From the NCBI GenBank assembly GCA_013239625.1, contig MU053629.1, forward strand, positions 4,429,567 through 4,493,566: a stretch of DNA of 64,000 nt, read 5' to 3'. The notes under the pieces were generated by a model. That model saw nothing but the letters and a program-made list of their open reading frames with translations. It was not told the DNA's origin and did no database searches. This stretch comes from Lama guanicoe. Lineage: Eukaryota. The first letter of the stretch is position 1. Every line of letters begins with the position of its first letter. This document shows, one piece after another, positions 1 to 13,231 of the stretch. The position numbers and the translations under genes are program-made.

Positions 1-644
1 TCAGAGGACCCAATGTTTTGGGCCTTAATAGGAGAGGAGGGAATCGTGGAAACACATGAGAGAAAGGGCTAAGAATTTAAAAGGCAGATTCTTTGAGCAG
101 GATCTTCAGCCACATTCCATTCGCTCACTCGACTGGGGGTGTCACAGTGTTCCTGCTCTCACAGGGCTTACAGTCTGGCGACAGGAGCCGGAGCGGTGCA
201 GTGGGGAGGAGACGCGTACAGCGAAGGAGAACACGAGCAAGCAAAGAAGCGTGCAATGACAAAAATGAGGACAGTGCGGTGAAGAGCGAGTGCAAGGGAG
301 TGACAGTGGGGGAGGGGGGCTGAAAATCCTCTTAGGAAAGGGCGGTCAGGCGCACCTGATGGAGACTGGGGCCCCTCAGCCGCGTGAGCCAGAAGAATGG
401 TACCTTGATTTGTGCGCGTAATTATAATAATGTCCCTACATTTCAGTGAGGTTCCTTATAAGGATTTAAGTCTGGCTCAGCTGAGGTTAGGAAAGACATA
501 ATAGTAATAGTAACAACAAAACCTACTGAGTGCTGACTCTGAGCTCTTATTAGGGAGCTCGGCCCCTACCCATCTCTTTCAGTTAGAGCTCAGAGAGAAG
601 GACATCTGAGGAGTGGTACTTCCCGGGAGGAAGAGAAGGGAGAC

Positions 645-1162
645 ATGTTAGCTTTCTATCGCCTTCTGACCAGTTACCACAAGCTTAACAAAAATGTGTT
701 ACCTTGCAATAATAATTCTGTAGTTCAGAAGTAGGAAAGGGGTTAAAATCAGGGTACAGGCAGGCCTCCATCCCTTTCTGGAAGCTCTAGGGGAGAACCG
801 GTTTCCTTACCCTTTCCAGCTTCTTGAAGCCACACACAAAGGGATAAACAAGGAAGGCGTGTCACCCCCTTCCTCCATCTTTAAAGCCAGCAATGTGGCA
901 CCTCTGTGTCTTTCTTCTGCGGTCACCTTTTCTCTCTCTCTACTCTTCTGCCTCCCTCTCCCACTTTTAAGGACCCTTGTGATGTCACTAGGTCCAGCCA
1001 AATAATCCGGGAGAATCTCCTTATTTTAAGGTTAGCTGATTAGTAACCTTCATTCCATTGGCAGTTTTATTTCCCCTTTGCCACGTAACCTAACGTATTC
1101 ACAGGTTCCAAGGACTGGAGTGTGGACCTTTATGGAGGGCCACTAGTCTGACAGCCTCAACA
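645..1162 (-). mobile_element. MaLR solo LTR (MLT1C/D-like)
   Basis: Typical MLT1 blocks: ctggaagctctaggggagaa, ttcctccatctttaaagccagcaat, tttaaggacccttgtgat, aacgtattcacaggttcca. Confidence 0.8.
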
Positions 1163-3565
1163 CCTGAAAACAAAAGTGAGAAAGAGGCGAAGGCTCTTTG
1201 TCCCTTCTGGAGTTCTCCGCTCACACTTGGAGAGCCACATCTTCTCCCTTACTTGACGTAACCATGTTGGTCACGAGAGATAAATACGTAGTATCTGAAC
1301 TGTACAATAATTTGTAGGTTTATGTGATCTTGAACAAGAGATATGGCACTTGCCCTGAAACCTCCTTACCTATAATGGGACAGGGTGGAAGTAGATGGTC
1401 TCTCAAAACTCCTCCAGTGTTTCTAGACTCACCTTTGTTGTGTCCAGATCTTTGCAGATTATATTCCTAAGGGTGATGTTTCATTGCCATTGGACATGTC
1501 TGCTGAGCTGCCCAAGGCCACACATCCTTGTTGCTAATTTAGGTCACGATTGTATTTAATATATGCTGCCAGCATGGATCAGGTCTTGTCACCTACGTTA
1601 TCAACACACGCACTTTGTGGATGTACAAAACGTAATAAATCTGTCTTTTTAAAAAACTGACTCCCAACTTCTGCTCTGCTGATGGTAACGTGTCTTATGT
1701 TGTATCTTGCCCATCTGTTGCTTGTGACAATTTTTTGCTGTTATGAGCTTTGGAAGTGCTCATACCTTGTAATATTAAAATACCTTCTGTTTACACTGCA
1801 CTTTACAGTTTACAAAATGTTTTCCTATCTCTTACTTCACATATCCTCTATAACAATGCTCTAAGATTGTTAACATACAGTTCATTAAAATGGGTGTATT
1901 TGTAGGGTTAACTGAGGAACCTGTTTTATCATAATCCTGCACAGACACTTTATACGCATCCTTGATAAGCAATTTGTCGGAAAACTGACCTCAAGCACTT
2001 GATTGAAACACAGACTCACATGCTGCATGTGTGGCAACAAAGTGATCAGACATCCTTTATATTTTAAATTGGACATCATCTTAATGAGCCATCTCACACT
2101 GCCTTTTATCTTTACTTTCGAAAGGAAATGCATTCATGAGATGCTCTCGGGCACTTTTCTTAATCATGCTTTATTCTCTAGGCATTTTTCTGCCTCCTTA
2201 TAGTCTTGATATATAAGTTATTCACAATACATTTTCCTAAATAAACATTTATCTGAATATAAATAGAATTATACATATGCAAAATCCCAAGAGTTACAAT
2301 ACTGCAACCACACATCAAGATGGCATTGTTAGCTGCCTGTATTAGCTTTCTATACGGAACAGTTCCCAAAATTATTTTCGAAATTAATAATTTTTCAAAA
2401 ATAATTCAAACAACCCACTTGCCCTTCTACTTCTTTCGTTCTTAAGTTCATTTGCATAAAGCAAAAGGGAGACTTTGAGATGAATTGTCAACTCATTTAA
2501 TTTCCAGACGTTGTCTAGTGTTTAAATACCAACATCAAAGCAAAGAGCCAATTATCAGAGTTCATTTGATCTGAAGCTCTGTTGCCTGAATTGCTATAGT
2601 TTTCCTTCTGCTGAAAAGGAAATCTGGGTCACATCTTGAAGATGTCGTTTTAAAAATCACTCTTATCTACAGCACTTTAACTTGAAACATGTGTTTGGGC
2701 TCGCTAACCACAAGGAGGCATTGAAGCATCTCTTCCAAATGTGAAAGGTAATTTTAGTTGTGTGTTTTTTTTTAAAGTTGCATCTACAGTTGCTGAATTT
2801 CCTGTAAGCAATTATGCCTGCTTGTGAGGATGCATGCCTTTTGAGTTGGTGTTTTGATCCACTTTTTTTTTTTTAACCCCTGAAATATCAGCAGAAAATG
2901 TTCTGGCGTTGTGAAAGATTTTTGGACAATAATGATCCACACGTGTTCTCCTTTTGCTGTTCCAATGGACACGAAGGAAAAGGGTGGGACTTTTATTCGT
3001 ACTGACAAGTAACTGCGCTAACCTTTATTGCCCTTTAAGGTTAAAAGTTCTTTTGACTGTGTGAGCAGAAGCATATTTCTTTGGTGTATAGAATTACTTA
3101 AATAAATTCATATTCCCGACAGTAAGGGGTTTATCTGAAATCTGTGTGTCAGTTTAGAATAATTTCAGGACACTTCTTCAAAATGCCACATCAGAAGCAT
3201 AAAAAGCCAAAATAGTTATTTTTTTTTAACCTGAGTATAATTTTCTTATGTACTGTTTGGAACATTCATGTTAAATGTCAGAAACTTTTCCCATGTTTCT
3301 ATAAAATCCGGATTCCTAGCAGCTTTGCTGGTACTGAAAAATATGAACCCCTCTGGTGCAGAATATCTTCCTTTGGCATATCTTATAGAAGAATGCTTAG
3401 TCGCCTGAGAAGCAAGGACCTCAATCTTAGGAGTTAGTTTCTGCAAGATGCTTCAGAGACAGTTCTTTTCTAAAAATATGGACAGTGACACTGTGGAACC
3501 CTAGTGTGCCATTTTGCCAAACTGACTTGCTCTTTCTGAGTTGTGACATCTGGTTTGCCTTTTAG

Positions 3566-3649
3566 GATATTCCCAGCCTGTGCGACAAAATATTGCCGAC
3601 TTCAACACGCAGCAGAACATGCAGCTGGGGAGGCTGTGTGACATCTTAG
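3566..3649 (+). CDS. IQCH: IQCH internal coding exon (84 nt, phase 1-1): (G)[27 protein letters not shown](D)
   Basis: Acceptor ttgccttttag and donor G|gtacag. The peptide matches mammalian IQCH as I recall it and splices in frame to the next exon. Confidence 0.92.
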   Translation, partial: DIPSLCDKILPTSTRSRTCSWGGCVTS

Positions 3650-6379
3650 GTACAGTAAATACTTTTACACAAATGACTCTGGAATGTTTATCATGATTAA
3701 ATGTTAAGTAAATGTTCTTTTTTTTCTTTTCTTTTCTTTTCTCTTTCCTCTATTGCACTTCAGTGGTTTCTACCTAGCCAGGTTTTTTAATGTTCTTTTT
3801 TTTTTTTTTTTTCTTTTTTTTTTTTTTTGCCTTTTTCTTTCCTTCCCAAGGAAAAAGCTTAGATTTCTCATCAATCGCAGGGCAATTGAATGTTTTGCTT
3901 TAAAGAACAGTTTTAGAGTGAAGTCAACTTGAATAAACCAATGACATTTTTAACCAATTTACTTGGGTAGTTTTCTAAATTCTCTTTGCTGCAGGTTTGG
4001 ATAAGGATTTTTCTCCTATAGCCCCATCCTTTACTGAATCCGGCAGTAAGTGAGGTCAACATTCTCTGTTTGTATCAATATCGTCTATTACATGATCTGA
4101 GGAATGGGTGGACGGTATCTGAAATGAAAAGCATTGTGTTTTCATTATAAAAATAAGAGAGAAATGAAGATAGATTTTTAAAAGAAGCTTTTCTTTAAAT
4201 ATATATTGTCTAGTTATGAGAAAGCAGGAGGTGCCTAGTGGAGGGAATTCTTAGAAATACAGACCTTGAGTGATAGATAATTCTTTGTACAAGCCAAGTT
4301 CCAGCGTTACTGGTTTGGTCAGTTCTGAATCAGACACCAACCTAGGGCCAGAAAGAAGGATACAAGAAAAGCATGCAGTGGCTTTGGCTGACGCTGTTTG
4401 AAGTGAGCCTTAAAGAATGAAGATTTGAAAGGCTAAGCAATAATATTGAGTCAGCATGGGAGGTGTCGGCCAAAACTTCAGGGTTAAACAAAAATGACAC
4501 TTATTTTTCAGTTACCAAATAAGAACTTCTTTGTTTTGTTAAAATATAATTGCTTTGGCCCTTATTTAAGCAAAACAAGGAAGAATTTTAAATGATCGAT
4601 GACCAACTTAGCTGGCTCCCTGGAATGACATACTTTACATGATTCATATATATTTCAGCATCATTATTATTTTATAAATTCCATTTGGTAACAAAAATAC
4701 ATCCATACTAGAAATTTACAGTGTCCCAAAATAATAATAATGTAATTGCTTTAATCTATTATCCAGGCACTAATATTGTTTTTCAGCCTTACAAAAAAAT
4801 TTTTTTAATGACTTAAGATTGATTTGTTAGTGCTGAGCTGTTTCAACTACAAACCTGACTGGGTGGAAACCACTGAAGTGCAGCAGAGGGCAGACTTCGC
4901 TCTAATTTATTTGATTAATTTTTTTCCTTTAGCTTTTTATAAACCCTTCTATATATAGTCCAAGCCATCACCAAAGAAGTTCTTTACAAAAGATCCTCAT
5001 TATTAGAGAAGACTTGAAAGTATTAGGCTTCTATTTTAGATAATTCAATAGCTCAGTCTATGTCCACCTGCACTGGAAAATTCTGCTAATATGAACACTT
5101 CGGAAAGAGTAGGAACTAAATGCCTTTTCTTGGTACACTATCTTCACGATGTCACATTGCGATTCTAAAATCTCTTCAAGAGAAGTAATGAAAGTTTAGA
5201 AAAAAGTTGAAAATAGAAAAAGTATTTTTTTGTGACATGAAAGTAGGAAAAATAGTAATAATTTTGTAGAAGATTAAATGATTCTTTTTTAATTCCACTA
5301 ATTCCTAGTAAAGGGTGTTGATTTTTCTGCTTATTTAAAGGAAACAAAGATAATCTGATTACCTTGGTAAGACTTGTTATTCTGAACGTTGGCTGTGAAG
5401 TCAGGGTATCAGGTGGGGAGACCCCAATGGCTAGCATTTTCAATTCCTAGATAAGTTAAGCAAATCAATATTGACTATTGACTAGCAGTCAGAGCAATCT
5501 TCATCTTCTTATTAATTCCTTTCCAAAATTACCCACCAATTAATTTTGAACATTTACAGATTCACAATCCAACCACACTAATGCTGGGATTCAGCGTCAG
5601 TGATATGCATTCCTTTGCCAGAAGTGAACAGGAAAGGAAAAATCAGCGACGTGACTTGTTATTGTTTGTCAACCAGAAACTTTTTCCCAAGAAAAATTTA
5701 GTTTTATTCTGCTGCGGAATCTTTGTTAAGTTCTTTTCATTGTTTCTTTTTGTGCTTAAAAAAATACTTGTTGAGTTTTTCAAACCAATAGTTTGGTAAG
5801 ACACTAGTGTCTTCTCGGAAACACTAGATTTGGGATAACGAATCTGATCATTCAGCAGTTGGATACAAGTTATTTAACCAGTGTCTCCTCAGTTAATTTA
5901 TTTTAAGGGTCACATGGCAATTTGGTTTCAAAGTTAAATAGGAGTCATTTAAATACTTGCATTTATGGAGTTCCGGGCCAGCTCAGAGGACATGGCTTCT
6001 AGCCACGAGATGCTCATCTCCACAGGAGATCTCTCCTGAATGCCGTGGGGCTCACTAATCGTGTGAGACTTCCCACTTCCCAAATCTCTCCATTCTCCCA
6101 GACCCCTTCAGTCAACATGCGAGTGTTCACTGAGTGGCTCCTGCACACTCCACACTGCACCGGGGTGTGGGAAATTATAGGGAAAGTATACACCTTGCCT
6201 TTGAAGAGTTTGGAGAGATGAGATTAATAGATTTGGCGCAACAGAGGACGCTGCTTCATCGTCTTAAGTCTGGAGGCCCTGACTGAAAGGAGTGTCAGTG
6301 TGGAGGCTGGGGCGGGGAGGCCCTGTTGGCTGGCCGAGTCAGGGCGGGCTGAGGAGCAGACCGGGGCCTCCGTACTGTT

Positions 6380-6580
6380 CGCTGAGCACCTAGTATGTGC
6401 CAGGCACTGCACCACGTGCCTTTTATATATTCTTTCACTTAATACTCTCCCAAACTCTGTGCCCCAGGTGACTTTACTCCTCATTTTACAAATGAAGAAA
6501 CCAATGCTTAGAAAGGTTAAATAATGTGCCCAGAGTCCCTAGGCAGCTGAGCTAGAATTTAATCAGTCTGTGCTCTGTCT
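6380..6580 (-). mobile_element. MIR SINE
   Basis: ctgagcacctagtatgtgccaggcact...cattttacaaatgaagaaac...agaaaggttaaataatgtgccca. Confidence 0.8.
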
Positions 6581-7633
6581 ACTCCGTCAAACTGAACAGA
6601 GGAGTCTTAAAATCCCCTCTTGGCCCCACTTGCCCAAGGAAACGTTTCACGGGGCTCCCTCCTCTGAACATCCCTGGGCACCCGGTCTGCATGCTTCACT
6701 GTGTCCACCGCCCTCTGCCGTGGCTTCTGGCTGTCCATACATGTGAAACGGTTGCTCCTCATGGCAACCTCTCATTGCTTTGAGTCCTGTATTTCCTTTC
6801 ATGTTGAGCCAAGGGCTTTGCCTCTGCTGATCAGTCCCTTATGTTACAAATGAGTTGAGTGACTCCATTGGCTGCGGATTTCCTGTCCATACCCCCTAAA
6901 ATATTCTGCAGCTGGGAGTGGGTAATCTCATCTCACTATTCCATTTGGATGGGATATTTAATTAGGATTTCTTTCTATACACGTAATAAGAGGCACATCT
7001 TACAAAGGAGAACAGTTAGATTTTAAGATAATGTTTCCTTTAAACCAAGAATCACTAGATGTCCTATTTAAGTAATACAGTCCTTTTTGGGAGTAGAGCA
7101 GGGAAAAGGTTGCTTTCCTGAAATAATCATTGCTGTGGTCATAATCAGACCGTTTTATTTGGACGGAACGTTCCCTTATTCGGCCCTGCCAAGTCCAGGC
7201 AGAATAAGAAATTGCAATTCCAGCAGCTTTCTAAAGTTAATAGCTCTGTTTTATAATTTACTGAAGTTAATGGGATATTTTTAAAGCAGTATGCGATTCC
7301 CATTGATGTTAATGGGAGTTCTGGGGCTAAATCCTACGTATTATTCAAAAGTACACCTCCACGGTGCCTTACAGCCCTCCTTCTGAAGGAACCATTGTGT
7401 CTCCTTTTGGTGGTGGCATTATTTATCTTTTCTTTAGAGGAATGCTAAAGTGCAAAAAAAAAAAAAAAGCCCGTTGAATTGCTAAGATCTGTACAAAACC
7501 AATCTAAATTAACTTCAGCGTGGCTTTTGGATATGCTCTTTATTTTAAACTGCACAGCATCAATCCGATGCCAGAGTTCGTGGTCTCATTTACCTTTATA
7601 CCAGTAATTACCACTGTGCCTGTTGTTTTTTAG

Positions 7634-7809
7634 ATGCCAATGTGAGCGTCATCTACATCTGCGCCAATCAAATGAATGATGAGTTACTGCTGTATTACAA
7701 TAAAATCCTGAGTCTACAGGCAGCTGTCAGATCGGGGGACCTGGAGGACAGAAGTGACCTGCAGGACAGGTTCAAAATTATCACCCCTGAAGCTATAAAC
7801 ATCTTCACT
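7634..7809 (+). CDS. IQCH: IQCH internal coding exon (176 nt, phase 1-0): (D)[58 protein letters not shown]
   Basis: Acceptor gttgttttttag and donor ACT|gtgagt. Lies in the frame of ORF 7642..7902; IQCH-like peptide. Confidence 0.95.
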
Positions 7810-9269
7810 GTGAGTTTGTCTCCTAATTACTACGGCTTCAGGGATGCAGTAAAATTAAATTGGAAATTTTATAACTTGCAACGCTCTGGTACACATCAGT
7901 GAAATATTATTGCAAGTTTAACAGCTTTACTGATTACACTACTAGTTGGACTGTGGGAAATAAATATCCCAGTTTAACTTGCAGACTTAGTGGAGCTACC
8001 CCTGCCCAGTTTCTCCGTAGCGGAAGCCTAATTGTAGTTATTGGGTTGTGCCATCAAGTAGGTGAATTTATAACATCTACGGTTGCTTGTTTTTAAATTT
8101 TGTGTGGAGGACACCGAGGTAGAGAAAGGCTGGGTCTGCGTATGATCACAAAGCTAGTAAGGGACAAATCTAGACCAAAGCTCCTGTTTTCTGATTTCCA
8201 AACTGTATTTCTTGTTACTCCATGGATTTTTTTTCCTCAGGGCAATTTGGCCTGATTTACCATATCACCTAGCTCATGATAAACAAGATTCAGATTTTTT
8301 TAAACTTTTTAAAAAAACGGATTTGTAATGAATCGAATGAACTCTGAGTGGACTCTCATCCCATCCCTAGACAAGGGCTTTTGGGAAATTCATGGAACCA
8401 TGGGGGTAGCATTCTAGAATAAAGCAGTGCAAGAGATGGCTTGACATGAATTTCCCTATATTTCAACAAGAATTTAAACTTCCATGGTAAACAACCAACA
8501 TTTTAATACCTAATGGGCTATGTATTTTTGAGGAGACTTTTTTTTTTTTTTGGTAAAATCTAAGGGTCTGAATTTGCTGATAAAGACAACTCTGTTCACC
8601 CACAAGTCGGATGCACCAAAGTCATCTATCTCTGGCCACAGAAACTGATTGCATGCTTCACGTAGGAACCACCTGTGTGTTGAGTTACCACCCATGATAC
8701 GTCAGATGCACCATGACTTGACCACAAAAACCAAAAGGGCCTGCCAGCGCTGGGGCGGGTAGCTGCAGCATTTCTACTTTGCTGGTAAACTCAGTGATTT
8801 TGAACTCTCTTCTACCAAAATGAAGATTTTATTTTTTCATAACTGGATACCCCAGTATTCCCCTGGAAAGCCCTCGGCCTTGCTCTGTTTCATCGCTACC
8901 ACTCTGGCTGCAGAAAAGAGGGGCAAAAGCAGGGGCAGGACAAGCAGTAGGAAAGGCAAGGGACAAATCATCGCCACTTGTCATCTTAGAAACTTCCCAA
9001 CGTCCTCCAGCAACTCTAGGACTGGTTCGGTGCCTCCTAGCTAATCCTTGGCCTCAACGTCAGAGTCACTGTGGATATTAGGAAGCAAAGAAGGAAAAGA
9101 ACCATCATTAATGTGTGGCTAATTTCCCAATTTCCTTCAGCCGGAAACCAGAGCTAGTGCCTGGTAGCTGCTAGTAAGAAGTTTCTGCACATCTGAAATG
9201 CCAGAACACACTGAAGAGGCATGGAATGGGATAGGGGCACTAGATTTGGGAGGAGGAAATTGAGTGAAC

Positions 9270-9570
9270 AACCAACATTTATCAAATGCTTAGCATACAT
9301 TTTCTCATGTGATGCTCAGAACACTGCAGCAAGACAGAAATTGTCAATGTCCTACGGCTGAGGAAACCAGCATTCATTTTCTAGTCCAAAGATACTAGCG
9401 GGGCCAGAGTACGAACCCAAATCTGTCTGAACCCAATTGGAACGACTGCCTTGCTCCTAGGTGAGCTTGTGGCCTTGCGCCAGCCCCTTTACCACTCTGG
9501 CCCTCTGTTCTTCATCTATAAAACAAGGTGATGGATTAGATCATTTCAAAGTGCCTTCCAGCTCTGGAGT
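9270..9570. mobile_element. MIR/MIR3 fragments
   Basis: gctgaggaaacc core; ttcttcatctataaaacaagg...tttcaaagtgccttccagctct. Confidence 0.55.
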
Positions 9571-10584
9571 CCTCTTTCCTGAGACCTGTATCCTCAGAGT
9601 CTGCTCTTCAACTTCCAAGCAGGAGGCAGGCAGTTGGCACTAACGGACGCACCGAGGCATATGCATAGTGTAGGTCTGCGTTTCTGCGGATAGAAACAAA
9701 CAAGGAATATTGGAATATTTTAAGCACTTAATACTTCTCATAGTTTAAGTTTAAATGATTTGAGTAATTAATCATTCACAGGCAATCAACTTTCTAAAAT
9801 ATAAAAATTAAACTCTCGTTTTCAAACCACATTTCCAGTCTCATCTCACATTTCCTGCTCGTGGTTGGTTATGGTTTTATTTCTTTCCAGTGGGTTTGAA
9901 AGACTGTATCAGTGCTGATTCTCATTCAAACGGCTGGCTTTGAGGAGGTTTTTCTAAAGTGTGCCAAAAATCTGTACGTGTCTCCAAGTCACTATACAGT
10001 GTTTGAATCTGTAATGGTAAGAAATGCTGTTATAAAGTCATCGTGTCTATTTCTGAACATTTTAATATTTATGAAGACATCCTAAACAGCACCTTTTATC
10101 TCAGGTCCCAGAAGGAATTAGTGGTGATAAATTAAATGTAGCTATAATGTTATGGAATTAGGAACACTTTAGATTTTTGTCATCAGTGTTAATCCACTGC
10201 CTGGATGTGATGATACCGATTTTCTCTGAGTGGTCACAAAAGGCCTGTGGTCAGTAATGTGTCTTCTGCCATCACTCACTCACATTCAAATCTTTTTTAA
10301 ACACACATTGAGCACAATACTGTGATGTCATCTTGCCTAAAGAATAAGGCTGCCCACAGATGACATACTAGAGTCGGGTAGAGTTCTTGCCAATAAAGAC
10401 AAGCAACCCTAGAGGAGACAGAAATCCATCCTGGCCGGAAATGTGCTCAGAACTTGAACATTAGGTTCTACTGCTGCATCTGCCGTCCCCTCATCGCACC
10501 TCGTAAATCCACCAGACCTCACTACTCAACCTGTAAAATGGGAGCAATCATGGCAGCTATGGCATGAAACCTGCGCTAATATCT

Positions 10585-10720
10585 AACCTCTGCTGTTGAA
10601 CAGCTGTGTGACTGTGGGCAAAGCACTCGAGCCTCAGTTTCCTCGTCTCCGAAAGAGAGACTGCTAACTGGTACAGTGTTGCATGGATCAAATGAAAGAG
10701 TACCCGTCGAAATGCTGAGA
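10585..10720 (+). mobile_element. MIR SINE fragment
   Basis: gctgtgtgactgtgggcaaag...gcctcagtttcctcgtct. Confidence 0.65.
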
Positions 10721-11144
10721 CCTTATGAACTTAACATGGGAGGACTGCCCCCTCTGAAACGTTCTTCTAGGTACCCTGGAAAGCCCATCACATACACTGT
10801 GACTCAATTCGCCAGCTCTCCCAGACATATCGTTCTTCCACATTTCTTCATTGGAATAATTTGTAGGGAAAGGAAAGAAGTGAAATAAACAAAGGGGATA
10901 AACAGTGATCGATCAGATGGGAAATGCAAACTCACAAGGTGCTGTCACCAGCCACGGTCTAATGGAGCACTGGATTTCCTAGAGCTGCATTCTCAGAAGT
11001 TGGTTTTGAAAATGGATTTAAATTATAATAGAAAAGGCATATTGCATAGATCCGAGGAGCTTAGACTAGAACGCTTACTCTGAAGGAAGGGCTCAGTGGG
11101 GTAAATCAAATCAGTCCTCTTCTCAGAGGAACTCAGTTGTCTTT

Positions 11145-11305
11145 TAAAAATTTGGGCAAAGTATACCTAAAATTGACCACTTTGACAATTTCAAGTGTAC
11201 GGTTCAGTGCCATTAAGTACATTCACACTGTTGTGCAACCATCACATCGTCCGTTTTTAAAACTTTTTCAACATCCCGAGCAGAAGCTCTGTACCCATTA
11301 AACAT
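11145..11305 (-). mobile_element. Old L1 (L1MA/MB-like) 3' UTR fragment
   Basis: aagtgtacggttcagtgccattaagtacattcacactgttgtgcaaccatcac...ctctgtacccattaaac. Confidence 0.75.
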
Positions 11306-11714
11306 TATTGTTTATCGTTACTATTATGGTTTTAACGGGAACGTTATTTACAGCTGGAAGGACCCTAGAGGCTTCTAGTTCAATCTCTCATCTGAATGGG
11401 GGAACTGAGGCTCAGAAAGATCGAATTTGCTAAATCGACTTGCAAGTTACAAATTTAGACAGGACTGAAATCCAGGGGCTCTCCTCAGTCTCTTTCTCTT
11501 ACACTCAGCAGTTAGACCCGCCAACAGTTTGCAAATTGGCACAGCTGACACTCCCCCAAAATTTCTCCACGTTTCAGTGCCATGTTGAGTAGATAATTTG
11601 ACTCAAACTGGGGGAGGAGGCGCTGGTCTACAAAACCCCTTGGACTCTCTCACACGTGGCACTATATTATTTGCATGGCATTTTAATGACTATTTTTTTA
11701 AAAAGAGTCTCCTC

Positions 11715-11950
11715 TGTAATAATAATTACTACCATTTATTGAATATCAACTTAATGCCATGCATTATAATAGGTGTTTTACATTCATGGTCTTATTTTAT
11801 CCTTAGAGCAACCCAGCAATTGGGTATTTTTATTCCCATTTAGCAGGTGGAGAAACTTAGGCTCAGGGAGTCTGTCATTTGTCCAAATTCAGGTAGCTTA
11901 TAAGGGACAGAGCTGGACTCAGAGCCAGAGATGTTTGACTCCAGCACTTT
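11715..11950 (-). mobile_element. MIR SINE
   Basis: ccatttattgaat...tattcccatttagcaggtggagaaacttaggctcaggg. Confidence 0.75.
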
Positions 11951-12958
11951 CTCAGGTGCCACGATGCCCTCTTCTCTGGAGGAAGTGAGCACGCTCTTTG
12001 GGTCTCATAGTCTATCCTAGTCTATGTCCATCCCCACCTCATCAACTCCTACCCTTCCTTCAAAACTCACCTCAACCCCAGCCTCTTTCATAACAATAAT
12101 ACAAGCTCATATTCATTAAGTGCTTATGATATCCAAGGCACTTCTCTGCCTTGGATTAGTTATGCATTAATTGTACTCATCTGTGTCCCCACTCCTTGAG
12201 CACAGAGGCACGCCTGTATTAGTTTTGCTGTGTGCTGACCATCTGTCTTCATCCTCTGCCCCTCTTAGACGCGCCGGGATTATCTATGTAACTGAAAGAG
12301 ACAGTCACATGAATGGCTGAGCTGGTCTAAAGAGTCCAAAGTAAAAAGAGTTTCCATTGGAAAAGAAATTTGAATGTGGCTGAAATTCTCAAATACTTTC
12401 CATTCCTGAATCATCTCTGGAGCGTTGGTTCAGAACCATGATAACCATCATAAAAATATGGAGTTTCTGAAATGGAATTTGTGGTAGAACTTTGGGAAGA
12501 GAGTATCAAGTCAAGTGCCTTTTTCCTACCAAATTGTTTATAAAGAGTTGCCAGATTAGAATACTGCAGGCCTTTTTTCTTCATTTTTTGTATTGATTTT
12601 CCAGACACTTTAGCGTTAAACCATGCCAGAAGTGCTGCAGAGATGAATCACTATTATCCAAGGGCCGCCAGCCTCTTTTCCTTCTGACAGAAGGATAATT
12701 CCACGTGGATCAAATAAATACAGATGTGTAGTAATTAGTTCTACTCCCAGCGAGCCTATTTCCAGCACACTAAAGATGTGAGCGATTATGGAACCTCACC
12801 CCAACAGCTTTTATCAATTTAAACTGCCAAACAACAGGATAGGTCATAACCCAGCCTGCTATTAATAATGCATTTATTGTGCGCTACGTGATAAATTAGG
12901 TGTATGGACGACAAAAAGAACACCTTTTAACAAGAATAATATGTTCTGCCCCCTGCAG

Positions 12959-13231
12959 AAGCAGCATATGTGCCTGGCCACTCACCTGATGTACAGTCCC
13001 AAGGCGATCAAAAGAATAAAAAATCTCATCCGAGGGAAGGAAGCCTACATTGTCGGCGGGCTCCTGCATAGAGATGATCTGGCCGTGGCGGATATGTTAA
13101 ACACACCCATCCTGGGCCCGGAGCCTGAGCTGGCTCACCTCTACAGTACCAAGTCCGGAAGTAAACGGGTCTTTGACAGCGCCGCTGTGCCCGTCCCTCC
13201 TGGATCGTGTAACATCTATGGTCACCAGCAG
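12959..13231 (+). CDS. IQCH: IQCH internal coding exon (273 nt, phase 0-0): [23 protein letters not shown]...[29 protein letters not shown]
   Basis: Acceptor ccccctgcag and donor CAG|gtatgt. Lies within ORF 12941..13453. Confidence 0.95.

Noticed and set aside
3717..3845. Long T-rich tract after the first exon as a terminator or retrocopy
   Set aside because: Simple low-complexity sequence with no associated element body or TSD.
10200..10370. GTGATGA/CTGA pair and a 9-bp stem (10325-10333 with 10358-10366)
   Set aside because: Box spacing is too short for a snoRNA, and the stem is too short and bulged for a pre-miRNA.
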